Part shown: positions 8,796-21,300 of the stretch, piece by piece
Numbering within the stretch: the first letter of the stretch is position 1
How the letters are laid out: each line of letters opens with the position of its first letter
Source of the DNA: a bacterium
GTDB lineage: Bacteria > Patescibacteriota > Minisyncoccia > Phycocordibacterales > JAKAEA01
Direction: 5' to 3'
DNA length: 64,000 bases
Assembly (NCBI GenBank): GCA_021818465.1
Contig: JAKAEA010000001.1
Coordinates: forward strand, 375,712-439,711
Notes under the pieces: model-generated
Database searches by the model: none
What the model was told of the DNA's origin: nothing
The model's input: the letters and a program-made list of their open reading frames with translations, nothing else
Program-made: the position numbers and the translations under genes

Positions 8796-9665
8796 TTATA
8801 TTTTTTCAACGACATGTCTCCGAAGTTGCCACATGATTTTTTTCTGAATTTGGCGGATTCGTTCTCTTGTGACATTGAATCGTACTCCAATTTCTTGAAG
8901 TGAGTGCGTTTTTCCGTCTGGTTGATTGAATCCAAACCGCAGTTGCAGTATTTCTAATTCCGTAGAGGATAACCCGGCACGATTATTGTTTAGAATTTTT
9001 TTGAGTCGCTCGAGATAAAGATTTTCTTCATCGCTTCTTTTTGCGTCGCGCCAATCAATGATTTCTGGCGGTCGAGTAAGTTTTTCTATATCTCGATTTC
9101 GTTTTTGGTATTGCCTCAAACGACCCATATATCTGCTCAGCGCTTTAATGATAGCTTGATATGCGTATGTGGAAAATTTAGAACCCCGCCGAACGTCAAA
9201 TTTTTCCACAGCACGAAGCAGGGCCACATTTGCTTCTGAAAAAAGTTCATTTTTTTCGGCATATGGACGAAACTTTTGAATCATCTTAACAACCAAAGCT
9301 ATATTTTTATTAACAATATAATCACGTACTATAGCCACGCGTTGTTCCCACAGATCAATTTCTTCCAAAACTTTTTTAGTGGGTTTTTCTTGTATACAAC
9401 AACGTTGTAAAATTTCCAATCGAAATTTTGCGTAGTTATAACGCAGAAACATTAATCGTTCCTCATCTCGTGTCATAACTTCCACTTTTTTGCTTTTGTT
9501 TTGTGTATTTTTTCCTGTGGTTGTAGTGAAGGTGTGCCAGCGATTTGTTGAAACTACAAGATGATTAATATCTTTTCCAAAAAGTAACGCCTCTGTTTTC
9601 GGTTTTTTAAATGAAGGATGCGCCACATACGATTGTGGTGATGAATCAATCATACCCATACCCAT
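8796..9665 (-). CDS. Sigma-70 family RNA polymerase sigma factor (alternative sigma)
   Basis: Region 2 (FSTYAYQAIIKALSRYM) and region 4 HTH (LQEIGVRFNVTRERIRQIQKKIMWQLRR). Confidence 0.75.
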   Translation of the reverse strand: MGMGMIDSSPQSYVAHPSFKKPKTEALLFGKDINHLVVSTNRWHTFTTTTGKNTQNKSKKVEVMTRDEERLMFLRYNYAKFRLEILQRCCIQEKPTKKVLEEIDLWEQRVAIVRDYIVNKNIALVVKMIQKFRPYAEKNELFSEANVALLRAVEKFDVRRGSKFSTYAYQAIIKALSRYMGRLRQYQKRNRDIEKLTRPPEIIDWRDAKRSDEENLYLERLKKILNNNRAGLSSTELEILQLRFGFNQPDGKTHSLQEIGVRFNVTRERIRQIQKKIMWQLRRHVVEKI

Positions 9666-9777
9666 GTCAAAACTCCTTTCAAGGTACTGTAATCTACCAC
9701 TATAGTACTTATATTATGTATAAAAACAAGGGTTGTAATTTGAGAAAAAATGAAATAGGTATGTTAGTCTGAGATGT

Positions 9778-10890
9778 ATGTGGTCACCGTTTGTCAAAAT
9801 TCGTGATATGTATTTTCGGTACGAGCGTCTCATCTCGTCAGTATCGTTGGTTGGCGGTTTCGTATTCGATGCTTTTACGTTACGGCGTGTTGATTTGTTT
9901 TGGGACAATGTCTGGGTGGTGGTGCATTTTATTATTATTGCCACATGCATCGTAGCTATTAATTTTTTAGAAAATAAACGAATCACGCAGAAACAGGAGG
10001 TTGTACTACGAATGCGTACCCCCACGTTGCATTTTTGGTTTGTGACTATACTGCAATTTTTCTTTGGTGGATTACTGAGTACCTTTCTTGTATTTTATTT
10101 TCGTAGTGGAACGCTTGCTGTAACGTGGCCGTTTTTGCTTTTACTGGGTGGGGCCTTTGCTGCCAATGAAGCGCTCAAACAACACTACACGCGTCTAGTA
10201 TTTCAAATCAGTTTATTTTTTCTGGCGCTTTTCTCTTTTGCAATTTTTATTGTGCCGATTATTGTGCATCAAATCGGGCCGGCAATTTTTGTTCTCAGTG
10301 GTGTTGTGAGCATTGTGGTGTTGTGGCTTTTTCTTGTGGTCTTGCGTTTTGTGGCGCGCGAAACATTTCAACAAAGCAAAAAAGTACTCGCTGTTTCTGT
10401 GGGGGGTATTTTTGTTATCACAAATATTTTATATTTTACAAATGTTATTCCACCGTTACCGCTCTCGCTTCAGGGCGGTGGGGTGTATCACAGCTTAGTG
10501 CATACGTCAGCAGGATATGTTGTAACTACTGAACCGCACGGTTGGTTTGATTTTTTTTCTCCCTATCAAGTATTTCATGAAGTGCCCGGACAGCCGATTT
10601 ATGCATGGACGGCTGTATTTTCACCCGCAGCTCTCAACACGACAATTGTGCACGTGTGGCAGCAGTATGTTGCAGCGACACACGAGTGGGTGACACGAGC
10701 ACAGGTGCCGCTCACTATTATTGGTGGTCGAGCGGGTGGGTATAATACATATTCTATGCTCGGTACCATTGCACCCGGCGCGTGGCGGGTGAATGCCGAA
10801 ACGACAAATGGACAAGTTATTGGTCGGCTTTTGTTTCGGGTTGTTGCTACTACGACCGAGCCGACACTAGAAACTGAGATTAAAAATTAA
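9778..10890 (+). CDS. Polytopic membrane protein with C-terminal extracytoplasmic domain, unknown function
   Basis: Seven to eight TM helices in the N-terminal two thirds and a soluble, likely beta-rich C-terminus. Transcribed divergently from the sigma factor. Confidence 0.4.
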   Translation: MWSPFVKIRDMYFRYERLISSVSLVGGFVFDAFTLRRVDLFWDNVWVVVHFIIIATCIVAINFLENKRITQKQEVVLRMRTPTLHFWFVTILQFFFGGLLSTFLVFYFRSGTLAVTWPFLLLLGGAFAANEALKQHYTRLVFQISLFFLALFSFAIFIVPIIVHQIGPAIFVLSGVVSIVVLWLFLVVLRFVARETFQQSKKVLAVSVGGIFVITNILYFTNVIPPLPLSLQGGGVYHSLVHTSAGYVVTTEPHGWFDFFSPYQVFHEVPGQPIYAWTAVFSPAALNTTIVHVWQQYVAATHEWVTRAQVPLTIIGGRAGGYNTYSMLGTIAPGAWRVNAETTNGQVIGRLLFRVVATTTEPTLETEIKN

Positions 10891-10922
10891 AATAGTACGA
10901 CTTGTATTGTTATACTAATTAG

Positions 10923-12305
10923 ATGACGAATTTTACAAAAGATGTACACGATGTTTTTGAAGCGCCAGCAGACATTCTAGAAGATACTATCAAAATAGTT
11001 GGCCGAGAAGAAAAAGCTATTTTGCACGAAAAGCCACTGAAGCTTGCGGAAGATTATTTTAATACTCTTGGACCGGGATTAGTGACGGGCGCTGCCGATG
11101 ATGATCCGTCGGGTATTGCCGTGTATTCACAAACCGGAGCGACCTATGGTTTTCAATTGTTGTGGCTCATGCTTTTTACCTTTCCATTCATGGCGATTAT
11201 TCAGGAGATGTGCGCGCGAATTGGAGTGGTAACGGGGCGTGGTTTGGCAGCGAACATCCGTAGTCATTATTCCTCACGAGTATTGTATGGCGTCGCAGCA
11301 TTACTTTTTATTGCTAATACGTTCAATATTGCCGCTGATTTGGGGGCTATGGCCGCGAGTACGCGTTTACTCGTGCCGCATCTTAATTTTTTATTACTGG
11401 TGAGCGGTTTTGCTCTGCTTATGATGCTCGTGCAGATTTTTACTTCGTATGCGCGGTACGCAAAAATTCTCAAATGGTTAACGTTGGCACTTTTTGCCTA
11501 CGTGGTAACCGCGTTTATGATCGGTTTAGATTGGAGTGGGGTGCTATACCACACCGTGGTGCCAACCGTAACGCTCTCTCAGAATCAACTTTTTTTGATA
11601 TGCGCTATTTTAGGAACGACCATTTCACCGTATCTGTTCTTTTGGCAAACGTCGCAAGAAGCTGAAGAACAACACTATACAGAAAATAAAATAACCAAAG
11701 CTGTACATGCTGAACCGCACGAAACTATAGTTAAAAAAAATATTCGAAAAATGCGAATCGATGTATGGAGTGGCATGTTTTTTTCAAATGCAATTTCCTT
11801 TTTTATTATGGCCACATGCGCGGCAACATTGTACGCCCATGGAATTACAAACATAGCTACTGCTGATCAAGCGGCGTTAGCGATTCGACCATTTGGTGGC
11901 GTGTTTACTTATTTCTTATTTGCCGTGGGTATTGTTGGCACTGGTCTTTTAGCTGTTCCCGTACTTGCTGGTTCTAGTGCCTATGCGATTGCGGAGAGTT
12001 TTCGCTGGCGAGAAGGTTTGCGATATACCCTGACACAAGCCCGAGCTTTTTATGGCGTTATTATTATTTCTATGTTGGTGGCAATACTGGCGAATGTTGC
12101 GGGGTTAGATCCTATTAAGGGGCTTATTTATGCCGCTGTAGCTAATGGGCTCGTGGCCCCGATCGTGATTTTCTTTATACTTCGTCTCAGTGGCAGAATG
12201 AAGCGTTATGGAAACCACCCGTTTGTTACGGTGCTTGGTTGGCTCGTGTTGCTGCTTATGAGTGTGTCGGGTTTAGCCGCAATCATTTCCTTGTTTATTG
12301 TATGA
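10923..12305 (+). CDS. mntH: NRAMP-family divalent metal (Mn2+/Fe2+) transporter
   Basis: GPGLVTGAADDDPSGIAVYSQTGATYGFQLLW and MAIIQEMCARIGVVTGRGLA match the NRAMP consensus TM1 and TM6 regions. Eleven to twelve TM helices. Confidence 0.7.
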   Translation: MTNFTKDVHDVFEAPADILEDTIKIVGREEKAILHEKPLKLAEDYFNTLGPGLVTGAADDDPSGIAVYSQTGATYGFQLLWLMLFTFPFMAIIQEMCARIGVVTGRGLAANIRSHYSSRVLYGVAALLFIANTFNIAADLGAMAASTRLLVPHLNFLLLVSGFALLMMLVQIFTSYARYAKILKWLTLALFAYVVTAFMIGLDWSGVLYHTVVPTVTLSQNQLFLICAILGTTISPYLFFWQTSQEAEEQHYTENKITKAVHAEPHETIVKKNIRKMRIDVWSGMFFSNAISFFIMATCAATLYAHGITNIATADQAALAIRPFGGVFTYFLFAVGIVGTGLLAVPVLAGSSAYAIAESFRWREGLRYTLTQARAFYGVIIISMLVAILANVAGLDPIKGLIYAAVANGLVAPIVIFFILRLSGRMKRYGNHPFVTVLGWLVLLLMSVSGLAAIISLFIV

Positions 12306-14065
12306 TGTTTCATTTTCGTTTTGTGCGAATATTTTGGCCGGCACTTGTAGTTGTGGTGCTGCTCAGTATTGGTGTCGGGGGAGTGCCATTTGCTTTAGTG
12401 CTAGCAACACTCGTTGGAGTGCTACACATCCTTGTTAATTCCTTTATAGAGTTACGTCAGCGAAGATATAGTTTGGATTATATTGCCTTTGTGGCGTTAA
12501 TAGTTTCTATAGTCTCGGGACAATATTTGGCTGGGGCGGTGGTCGCGCTCATGTTTACTGGTGGTCGTGGTTTGGAAGCATTTGCTTCCCAGCGCGCATA
12601 TGCTGCACTCAAATCACTCGGCGATGCAATTCCTAAACGAGTACTGGTGTGGCGAGACGGTTCGTATCAAGAAGTAGCTGTGCAACACATTCAAGCGGGG
12701 GAACGGATTTTAATAAAAGCAAATGAATTAGTGCCGCTCGATGGGATCCTCGTGTCAGAGGCTGGTACGTTTAATCTAGCTAATTTAACCGGTGAAATAC
12801 TACCGGCAGATTTCAAAAAGGGGACGTTTATAAAGAGTGGATTGGTGAATACGGGTACGACGGTGGAAATACGTGTCGTCGGCGATTTCTCATCGTCCAC
12901 ATATCACAAAATTGTAGAACTCGTTGCTGATGCTCGCGCCCATCCTGCTCGTCTTGTTCGTGTATCAGAACGAGCTAATATTTATTTTACTATTATTACA
13001 TTTGTATTTGTGGTGTTGGCATACCTTATAGATGGTAGTGTTGTTCGATTACTTGCTGTACTTGTCATTGCCACACCGTGCCCGCTTATTATTGCGGCGC
13101 CAGTAGCATTTTTAGGCGGTATGTCGCGTGCGGCACGAGCAGGTATTATTGTGCGACGGCCGGCGGCCTTCGAAGGGCTTGATGCGGCAGATGCAATTTT
13201 CTTTGATAAAACGGGTACGTTGACTATTGGCGAGCCGACGTTGTCTCTGGTCACGCCCTATGGATCACTATCAGAAACGGACGTGTTAAAAATTGCTGCA
13301 GCAATTGAAATACATTCTCTACATCCGCTGGCGCGAGCGACAGTACATGCAGCTACGCATCGTGGTATTACATTTCCAATCGCCACAGACGTTACAGAAA
13401 CTATAGGGCGAGGAATTAGTGGTGTGGTGGACGGTACTCGATATACCATCATTGGTTGCGCGCATACCCATCATGGTATTGCTTTGGAATTACGGTCGTC
13501 TGAAACTATATGCGCGCATTTTTATTTTGCTGATACGTTGAAACATGGCGCGGCAGATTTTTTGAAAAATCTTTTAGAGCAGGGGATTCGAACGGAGATT
13601 ATTACTGGTGATACTAAAGAGAACGCCGCGGCTGTATTTGCAGGCATTCCCGTAACCATTCGTGCCGAGACGTCACCAGAAGAAAAGTATCGACGTGTGG
13701 AACAGGCTCACGCTGCTGGTCAGATTGTCGTCATGATCGGTGATGGTCTAAATGACGCACCAGCGCTTGCTCGTGCTGATGTCGGTGTTGTATTTTCGGG
13801 AGGTGAGAATGGAGCGTCTATTACTGCGGCCGATGTGGTAGTGTTGCACCATCACATAGAAAAAATTTCTGAACTTTTTGCGACCGCTCATCGAACGGTG
13901 CGTATTGCTCGGCAAAGCATGTATGGTGGCATCGCCCTTTCTGCAATCGGTATGGCGTTTGCTGCTTTTGGTTTTATCGCGCCGGTTACTGGTGCATTGC
14001 TACAGGAGATAATTGATGTTGTTGTTATTGTGAATGCATTGCGGGCATTGAGTGCTCGGTTTTAA
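12302..14065 (+). CDS. P1B-type heavy-metal translocating P-type ATPase (TPCP-motif subgroup, no N-terminal metal-binding domain)
   Basis: TGE (NLTGEILPAD), the TM6 motif ATPCPLII, DKTGTLT, GDGLNDAPAL. I moved the start to ATG 12302, which overlaps the mntH stop. Confidence 0.8.
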   Translation: MMFHFRFVRIFWPALVVVVLLSIGVGGVPFALVLATLVGVLHILVNSFIELRQRRYSLDYIAFVALIVSIVSGQYLAGAVVALMFTGGRGLEAFASQRAYAALKSLGDAIPKRVLVWRDGSYQEVAVQHIQAGERILIKANELVPLDGILVSEAGTFNLANLTGEILPADFKKGTFIKSGLVNTGTTVEIRVVGDFSSSTYHKIVELVADARAHPARLVRVSERANIYFTIITFVFVVLAYLIDGSVVRLLAVLVIATPCPLIIAAPVAFLGGMSRAARAGIIVRRPAAFEGLDAADAIFFDKTGTLTIGEPTLSLVTPYGSLSETDVLKIAAAIEIHSLHPLARATVHAATHRGITFPIATDVTETIGRGISGVVDGTRYTIIGCAHTHHGIALELRSSETICAHFYFADTLKHGAADFLKNLLEQGIRTEIITGDTKENAAAVFAGIPVTIRAETSPEEKYRRVEQAHAAGQIVVMIGDGLNDAPALARADVGVVFSGGENGASITAADVVVLHHHIEKISELFATAHRTVRIARQSMYGGIALSAIGMAFAAFGFIAPVTGALLQEIIDVVVIVNALRALSARF

Positions 14066-14082
14066 ATTGATACTATATCTAT

Positions 14083-14727
14083 ATGACTATTAAAAAAATA
14101 GGGCATTGTTGTTTACATATACACGTACACGGAGTAACAATTCTTACTGATCCAGGTAGGTTTACTGAAGCGCAAAATACACTCACGGATATTGATATCA
14201 TACTCATCACACATGAGCACACAGATCATTTACATATAGAATCGTTGCAAGAGGTTTTGAAACATAATCCTCATGCCACTGTTGTTACCAATTCTGGAGT
14301 TGGTAAAAAATTAGACGCTATGCGCATTCCCTACACGATTCTTGAACATACTGATACGCTGACCCTTAAGGGGGTGGCGCTACAAGCTTTTGACGGTATA
14401 CACGAAGAAATTTTTGAGGAAATTGGGCAAGTGCAAAATACCGGGTATTTTATTGCCGATACATTGTTTTATCCGGGCGATTCGTTTTGCAAACCAGCAA
14501 ATCGGTCAGTGAATGTGCTTGCGCTGCCGGTGGCGGGGCCGTGGTGTCGTATTGCTGATGCTATTCGTTATTGTCTAGCGGTTAAGCCGCAGAAAGCTTT
14601 TCCTGTTCACGATGGCATGCTAGAACCTCACAATCTTGGTTTGGTGCATACTATACCGCAACAGGTGGTGACTGCACACGGAATAGAATTTGTGCCACTG
14701 CGGGCGGGTGATGAAAAAGAATTTTAA
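14083..14727 (+). CDS. MBL-fold metallo-hydrolase
   Basis: The HxHxDH motif (ITHEHTDH) plus downstream His/Asp ligands. Confidence 0.7.
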   Translation: MTIKKIGHCCLHIHVHGVTILTDPGRFTEAQNTLTDIDIILITHEHTDHLHIESLQEVLKHNPHATVVTNSGVGKKLDAMRIPYTILEHTDTLTLKGVALQAFDGIHEEIFEEIGQVQNTGYFIADTLFYPGDSFCKPANRSVNVLALPVAGPWCRIADAIRYCLAVKPQKAFPVHDGMLEPHNLGLVHTIPQQVVTAHGIEFVPLRAGDEKEF

Positions 14728-14736
14728 ATAAATAGC

Positions 14737-15312
14737 ATGTCCATTTCTGCAACTAGTATCAACACGCTTTGGCTGATTTTTGTTTTGTATTGGTTTGTGC
14801 TTGCATTTTTTGCAAAGAAAAGTATTGTACGAGGTTTACGCTGGCGTCAAACTATATGGTTTCGGGTGTTACTTATTATTGCAGTCCTGATTATAGTGCA
14901 CGTACAGTCCGCGCATAATTCTTTGTGGAAATCATTAACGTTTTCTTTTACAAATCCTATCGTGAATACTATCGGCATTGTTGTATGCGCACTCGGTCTT
15001 GGGCTTGCGGTGTGGGCGCGTATGTATCTGGGGCGCAACTGGGGCATGCCAATGTCATTACGAAAAAATCATGAACTTGTTACCAGCGGACCGTATCGGT
15101 ATATTCGTCACCCGATTTATAGCGGTATCTTACTTGCGGCACTTGGATCGACACTAGCGAGTACTACGTGGTGGTTATTGGTATGTGTCGCCTATGGCGC
15201 ATACTTTTTTTATAGCGTGAATGTGGAGGAAAATATGATGACTAAAGAGTTTCCTGATCACTATCCGGCATACATGGCGAAAACTAAGCAACTGATTCCG
15301 TTCGTGTACTAA
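14737..15312 (+). CDS. Isoprenylcysteine carboxyl methyltransferase (ICMT/PEMT) family membrane methyltransferase
   Basis: Multi-TM protein with the C-terminal signature GPYRYIRHPIYSG. Confidence 0.7.
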   Translation: MSISATSINTLWLIFVLYWFVLAFFAKKSIVRGLRWRQTIWFRVLLIIAVLIIVHVQSAHNSLWKSLTFSFTNPIVNTIGIVVCALGLGLAVWARMYLGRNWGMPMSLRKNHELVTSGPYRYIRHPIYSGILLAALGSTLASTTWWLLVCVAYGAYFFYSVNVEENMMTKEFPDHYPAYMAKTKQLIPFVY

Positions 15313-15332
15313 ATACGGTACAATAGACACAT

Positions 15333-18300
15333 ATGAAGTCGTCATCGGAAGCGCGATTTACCGATAGAAAATTAACGCTTCTTGCCGCCACACTTGCGCG
15401 AAAAAACCTTTTGTCTAGAACTGAGAGCAGTTCGCGGCAATTTTTCCATACTCTTAAAAAAGAAATTGATGCTACGCTAACAGCCTACGCTGAACTTGTT
15501 GCTGACGTGAATGCATCTCGGTATGTGAGCCGAGAGGTTGAATGGCTCATGGATAATTTTTATGTCGTAGAATCAGCCGCAGAGGATGTTACGCGATCAC
15601 TGAAGAGCGAAGATATTCAAAAATTACCTTCACTACTAACGAAAGCTGGTACGACGGTGCCGCATGTCTACGATGTGGTGTTTGAATTGCTTCGCGGCAC
15701 TGACAATACTGTTACCACAGAAAATGTATCGGTTTTTTTCAATCGGTATCAGCGGGAATATCCGCTTTCGATTCGTGAAGCCAATGCGATACCACTCATG
15801 CTTAAACTTGTGTTGGTGTTAAATATTCGTGATCTCATCACGTCGTCGCTCGTGTTGGTACGAGAATATTCTGAAGCAGAGGAAATTTTAAAGAAAATTG
15901 ATACGACAACCAAAAAATCGCTCGCGCAAATTTCATATGTGGAAGTGGTTAGTATGCTGACAACGCACTACAAGACGTTGTCGTCGGGATTGGGTGTTTA
16001 TCTTATAGAGCAACTTTCTCAATCTGGTTCGCACATGCGCCCAGTGATTCGTTGGCTTAAGTTGCATTTATTACAACAAGGGGTGAGCATTGAACGATTG
16101 CGAGAAATTGATAATGAGCAACGCGATAAACGTATTTTGGCGGCGGCGAATATTGTTGAGGGATTACGGTGGGTAAGTCAAATTCGCTGGGATGATTTTT
16201 TGGAAAAAATTAATCCTGTAGATGCAATTTTAACGCGTGATCCAGCTCAGCAGTTTGCCATTATGGATAGTCGAAGTAAGAGTGCATATTATCAGCGTAT
16301 TGTGCAATTGGCGGATGGCTCGGGAGTAGCAGATGTGGCCATAGCGCGGCTCGCCGTCAGATTGGCGCGTGCTCATGCCGACGGCGAACCGCGCGCTCCC
16401 GAGGCGCACGTTGGCTATTATCTTGTAGACGATGGCGCCTCTCAGTTAGAAGAGATGATTCATTATCGGCCACCATTTTCTGAGCGTGTGCATCGTTGGA
16501 TTTTGCGCTATCCAACACAGTGTTATTTTTCTCTTATTGCTGCTATAACGGCTATTGTCGGTTATCCACTTTTTTTATGGTTCACAACACAACCGATACC
16601 TGAAATTATACGTCTCTTTGTTGTACTTGCGACGTTACTGCTTTCCATTGATATTGCTCTATCTGTGCTCCATGCTTTTTTGGTGGGAACGTTGCCGGTT
16701 CGACGTCTTTTTAGTTTAGACACACTTGCTACTGGTCTTACCCCCGAACAGGCTACGTGTGTTGTTGTGCCGTCTATGATGCGAAATGTGGCAGCGTTAG
16801 ATGTTTTATTCTCTCGTTTTGAAAGTAATTTTGTCGGCAACCAAAGTACTAATATTTTTTTCATACTACTACTTGATTTTCCTGATGCACCACAAGAAAT
16901 TATGCCAGATGATGGAAAACTTTTAGAAGAGGTGCGCCGGCGTATTCAAGCGCTCAATGAAAAATATCCAACAAAAATTCCAACATTCTACGCTTTGTGT
17001 CGAAAACGAATGTGGAATCAACGTGAAGGAGTGTTTATGGGGTGGGAACGTAAGCGCGGTAAACTTCGTGAGTTCAATAAACTTATTCGTGGCGCGACTA
17101 ATACTAGCTACGTCAATACTGAAGTGCTATCGCTGCCGCGCATCACGTACGCTATTACCTTAGATGAAGATACAGAATTACCACGCGAAGGAGCACATCG
17201 ACTTATCGGGTGCATTGATCATGTGTTGAATCGACCACAACTTACTACCAATCGAATGGTGACGCGGGGGTATGGCATTATCCAACCACGGGCAAGTATG
17301 CGAATGCATGTTGCCAATCAAACTTTTTTTTCACGTCTTTTCTCGACAGCGAGCGGCATTGATTCATACGCGGGACCTAGTGCTGACCTGTATCAAGATC
17401 TTTTTGGAGCTGGTATTTTTTATGGTAAGGGTATCTACGACATTGACGTCGTGGAAACAACTATGGACGATGCTATTCCTGAAAATACAGTATTGAGCCA
17501 TGATTTGCTTGAGGGGTTATACACGCGAGTTGGTTTTGCTTCTCATATTCAAGTGTTTGAGGGTTTTCCGGCCCGTTTTAGTGAGTATTCACTTCGTCAA
17601 CGCCGCTGGATTCGAGGTGATTGGCAAATTATATCTTGGTTGTGGAATCGCTCGGTACACTTTAGTTTTATTGATCGCTGGAAAATTTTTGACAATCTTC
17701 GCCGCAGTGTACAGCCCATTGTGGCAGTTGGATTACTTTTACTGACGGCATTCTACATGCCGCACGCAGTGGTTGCGGTGAGTGTCGCTATTATTGCAAC
17801 CTTTTTCCTTGGCAGTAGCATCGGCATTATATATTCGCTTGTACCGCGTATGCGATTGGGGATTATTAAGAGTATTCTTGCACAATTATTTCGTGGATTA
17901 TTGAGTGAGGTGGTGCGCACCGTAGTTCGAGGTACGCTGCTATTTTATGAAGCGCTCGCCTTGCTTCAAGAAATTGTATTGACCATATTTAGAATGTGTA
18001 TTTCTCACCGCCATTTGCTTCAGTGGCGTACTGCTCACGAGGTGGCTCAAAAATATAAAGGTACAATTATAGAGTACATACGACTCATGGGGGTAGCGAG
18101 TGTTCTGGTATTGGCCATCGGTTGGTTTGTGGTTGTGGTTCATCCCGCATCAGATACGTTTACGTTTTTATTTTGGATTGGTATGTGGTGCTGCGCCCCG
18201 TTTTTTATGTTTTTACTTGGCTTGGTGGCTGTTGAGAAAGAATTTTCAGCACGACAGAAACGATTTTTGCGCACGATGGCGTATCGCAGCCTGCGTTATT

Positions 18301-21300
18301 TTATAGATTTTGCTACAGAAAAAAATAATTACTTAATTCCCGATCATTATCAAGTTGATATTCCGTACAGTGGTTTTGCGCCTGGTACCATGACGTCTAT
18401 TACCAATATTGGCATGATGCTTGCATCTTTTTATTCAGGTCATCGATTGGGATTTATTAGTCAACGAGAACTTCTTGAACGTTTGCGTCGCTCGTGTGAC
18501 ACACTTTCTACACTAGAGCGTTATAAAGGTCATTTTTACAACTGGTACCACATCCATCATCGGCAAGCGGCAATGCCTAAATATATTTCTTCTGTCGATA
18601 GTGCTAATTTTCTTTTTGTTTTAACCGCGCTTATTCAAGGTTTACGTGCTATGCCACAAACCCCCGTGGTGCACGATGGAGCACAAGAAGGATTAGAAGA
18701 CATGTTGAACACCATTAAAGAAGACGCACTCAGCGTGATACGTTCTGGGCCACCCAAGGATATTATTAAATTTATTCGCGCTGTATACGATGGAACGCAC
18801 CGGGCTCTACTTGATGTGCGTAAGTTATCTACAGCGACGCCAAGTTTGTATGCACACATGTTGCGCGAGATGGAATTACGAATGAATCATCTGTGGGAAT
18901 TTATCGAAAATGCACGCGCGCAAAGTGACCATCCTAATGTTGTATATTTGTACGCTAGTATTCAATCCGTTCGTCAGCATATTATAACCAGTCGAGCTGA
19001 AGCGGATACGCTGTTGTCTTTTCATATTTTAGCCAGTGCACGGGAAGCGCGCGGAACAAGTGCACATGGCGGAGGATTGGGCGTTTTTTATCAAAAAATT
19101 GCAACGTTAGCCAATACTATGCCCACGCTTGCCGCATTGGCCGATGGCTACTATTCAAAGGCACTCCAAATGTTAGATGTTGAAACATGTCTTTCTCAAG
19201 CAGCAATTTCTTCCCAAGATCAAGCCTCGATAAAAACATGGTTTACCAATTTACGTACGCGAAGTGCGCAAGCAGAAACAGCGGCCCAAGCAGTACTTGA
19301 AGAGGTGCGGTCTGTACGCGTATTGTGTGAACAGTGGACAAACGAAACCGACTTTACTTTTCTATACAACACTGAGCGCGGTCTTTTTCATATTGGTTAC
19401 AATGTGACGACTGACACTATTGATAATGCCTACTATGATTTTTTGGCTTCCGAATCAAATGCGGTGAGTTTTTGGGCAGTAAGCCGTGGGACGGCGCGCC
19501 TGGAACAATGGTTTCGTTTGAGCCGTCAACTTATTAGTCATGAAGGTGTTGATACAGCGTTAGCCTCGTGGGGTGGATCGCTCTTTGAATATTTAACGTC
19601 ACTCCTATTCTTAAACGTAGCACCCACAAGTATTCTGAATGAAGCAGCGCGCCGAGCTATTCATTCTCAACGAGCGTATGCGCGACAAAAACATGTTCCG
19701 TGGGGTATGGGTGAATCGGCTTTTGCGATTCGCCACCCCAATGGCGACTATCAATATCAAATTTTCGGTGACCCTGGGCTTGGCTTGAAACGAGGATTAG
19801 GTGAACGGCTCGTTGTTGCGCCATATACCACAGCTCTTTCGCTTTCCTACACAGGTGTTGCTGGTATACGAAATCTTAAGAAACTTATCACAGAAGGATG
19901 TTGGGGAATATATGGATTTTTTGATGCAATTGATTATACCGAAAGTGCCGGAGTCTTTTTTAAAAAAAGGGGAGTACCGGTAAAAATTTACTATGCGCAT
20001 CATCTTGGTTTTACTATTGCAGCAATTACTAATGTTCTCACCAATGATGTGCTCAAGGAGCTTTTTCATCGCGATCCACACATGCATTCCGTTGATGTTA
20101 TTTTAGATGAACAATATCCTGTTGCAGTTCCACTGCCGCACGCACATGATCAATTAGCATCTGAACGTCAGTGGAAACTACTGCACCGACCAACAAAAGG
20201 CGTGGTGGAATATGTACCTATTGTTTCTGATCACTCGTATCGTTACGCTGTTTTGTCTAATGGCACTTATACACTCACTATCAATAATTCTGGTGGTGGT
20301 TGGAGTTCGTATCGAGATACGTTGCTTACGCGCCAATCACTCGATCCGTTAGAAAGTCGTTGTGGTAATTTTATATACCTGCGTGACGTAAAATCAGGGG
20401 CAGTGTGGTCGACGACCTATGTGCCAACCTTTTCCAAAGGTGCTCGAGCTCGAACGATGTTTTCCGATGATAAGGTAGAATTTCATCAGCTACAAAATAC
20501 CATTCAAAGTACAGTGGTTATTTCGGTAGCCACTGACGAACCGGTGGAAATGCGAACTGTGACGCTCACGAATGTTGGTACTACGCCGCGCACGCTCGAT
20601 GTGACAAGTTATGGAGAAGTGGTGCTCGCAAAATCTGAAGAGTATCTGCAGCATCCGTCATTTCAAAAAATGTTTGTCAGCTCTGCGTTTCATAGCAATG
20701 TTGCTGCTATTGTTTTTTCGAAACGTTCATCGAATGATGCTAAAAGTACCATTAGTTTATTTCATTCAGTGGTAAGTCATTATCGTGATAGAACAAATGC
20801 AGTTGCTAGTTTGGCGCGCGAAGATTTTCTTGGTCGGCACGGCTCATTGATTGCACCGCCTGGCAGTACACCGAGTTTTACTCCTGTTGAACATCCGGAA
20901 CACACGCTTGATCCTATTTTTTCTTTGAGTAAACGAGTAACCTTAGGAGCGGGGCAATCAGTATCTCTCTCGTTTATTACTGGTGTTGCTGCCACGAATG
21001 AAGCGGCACTTCGACTGGCAACAAAGTATCAGAAAATTCGCATTCCATTTCGTTATGCAGAACTTTTTCATCGACCGGCGCGCACTATTGATGCTCTGGG
21101 CAGTATAGGCGTTACGCCATATCATCTTGAATTATTTCAGCGATTACTCTCGGGAATCATTTCTTTTGAATTTTGTCAGTATCTTCCCGAACAACTTTTT
21201 AGTGGCGCATCATATATGCGCACACTTTGGAAATATGGCATATCCGGCGATCGACCTCTTGTGGTGGTACGTATTTCCAATGCCGGCGATATTCCTTTTG

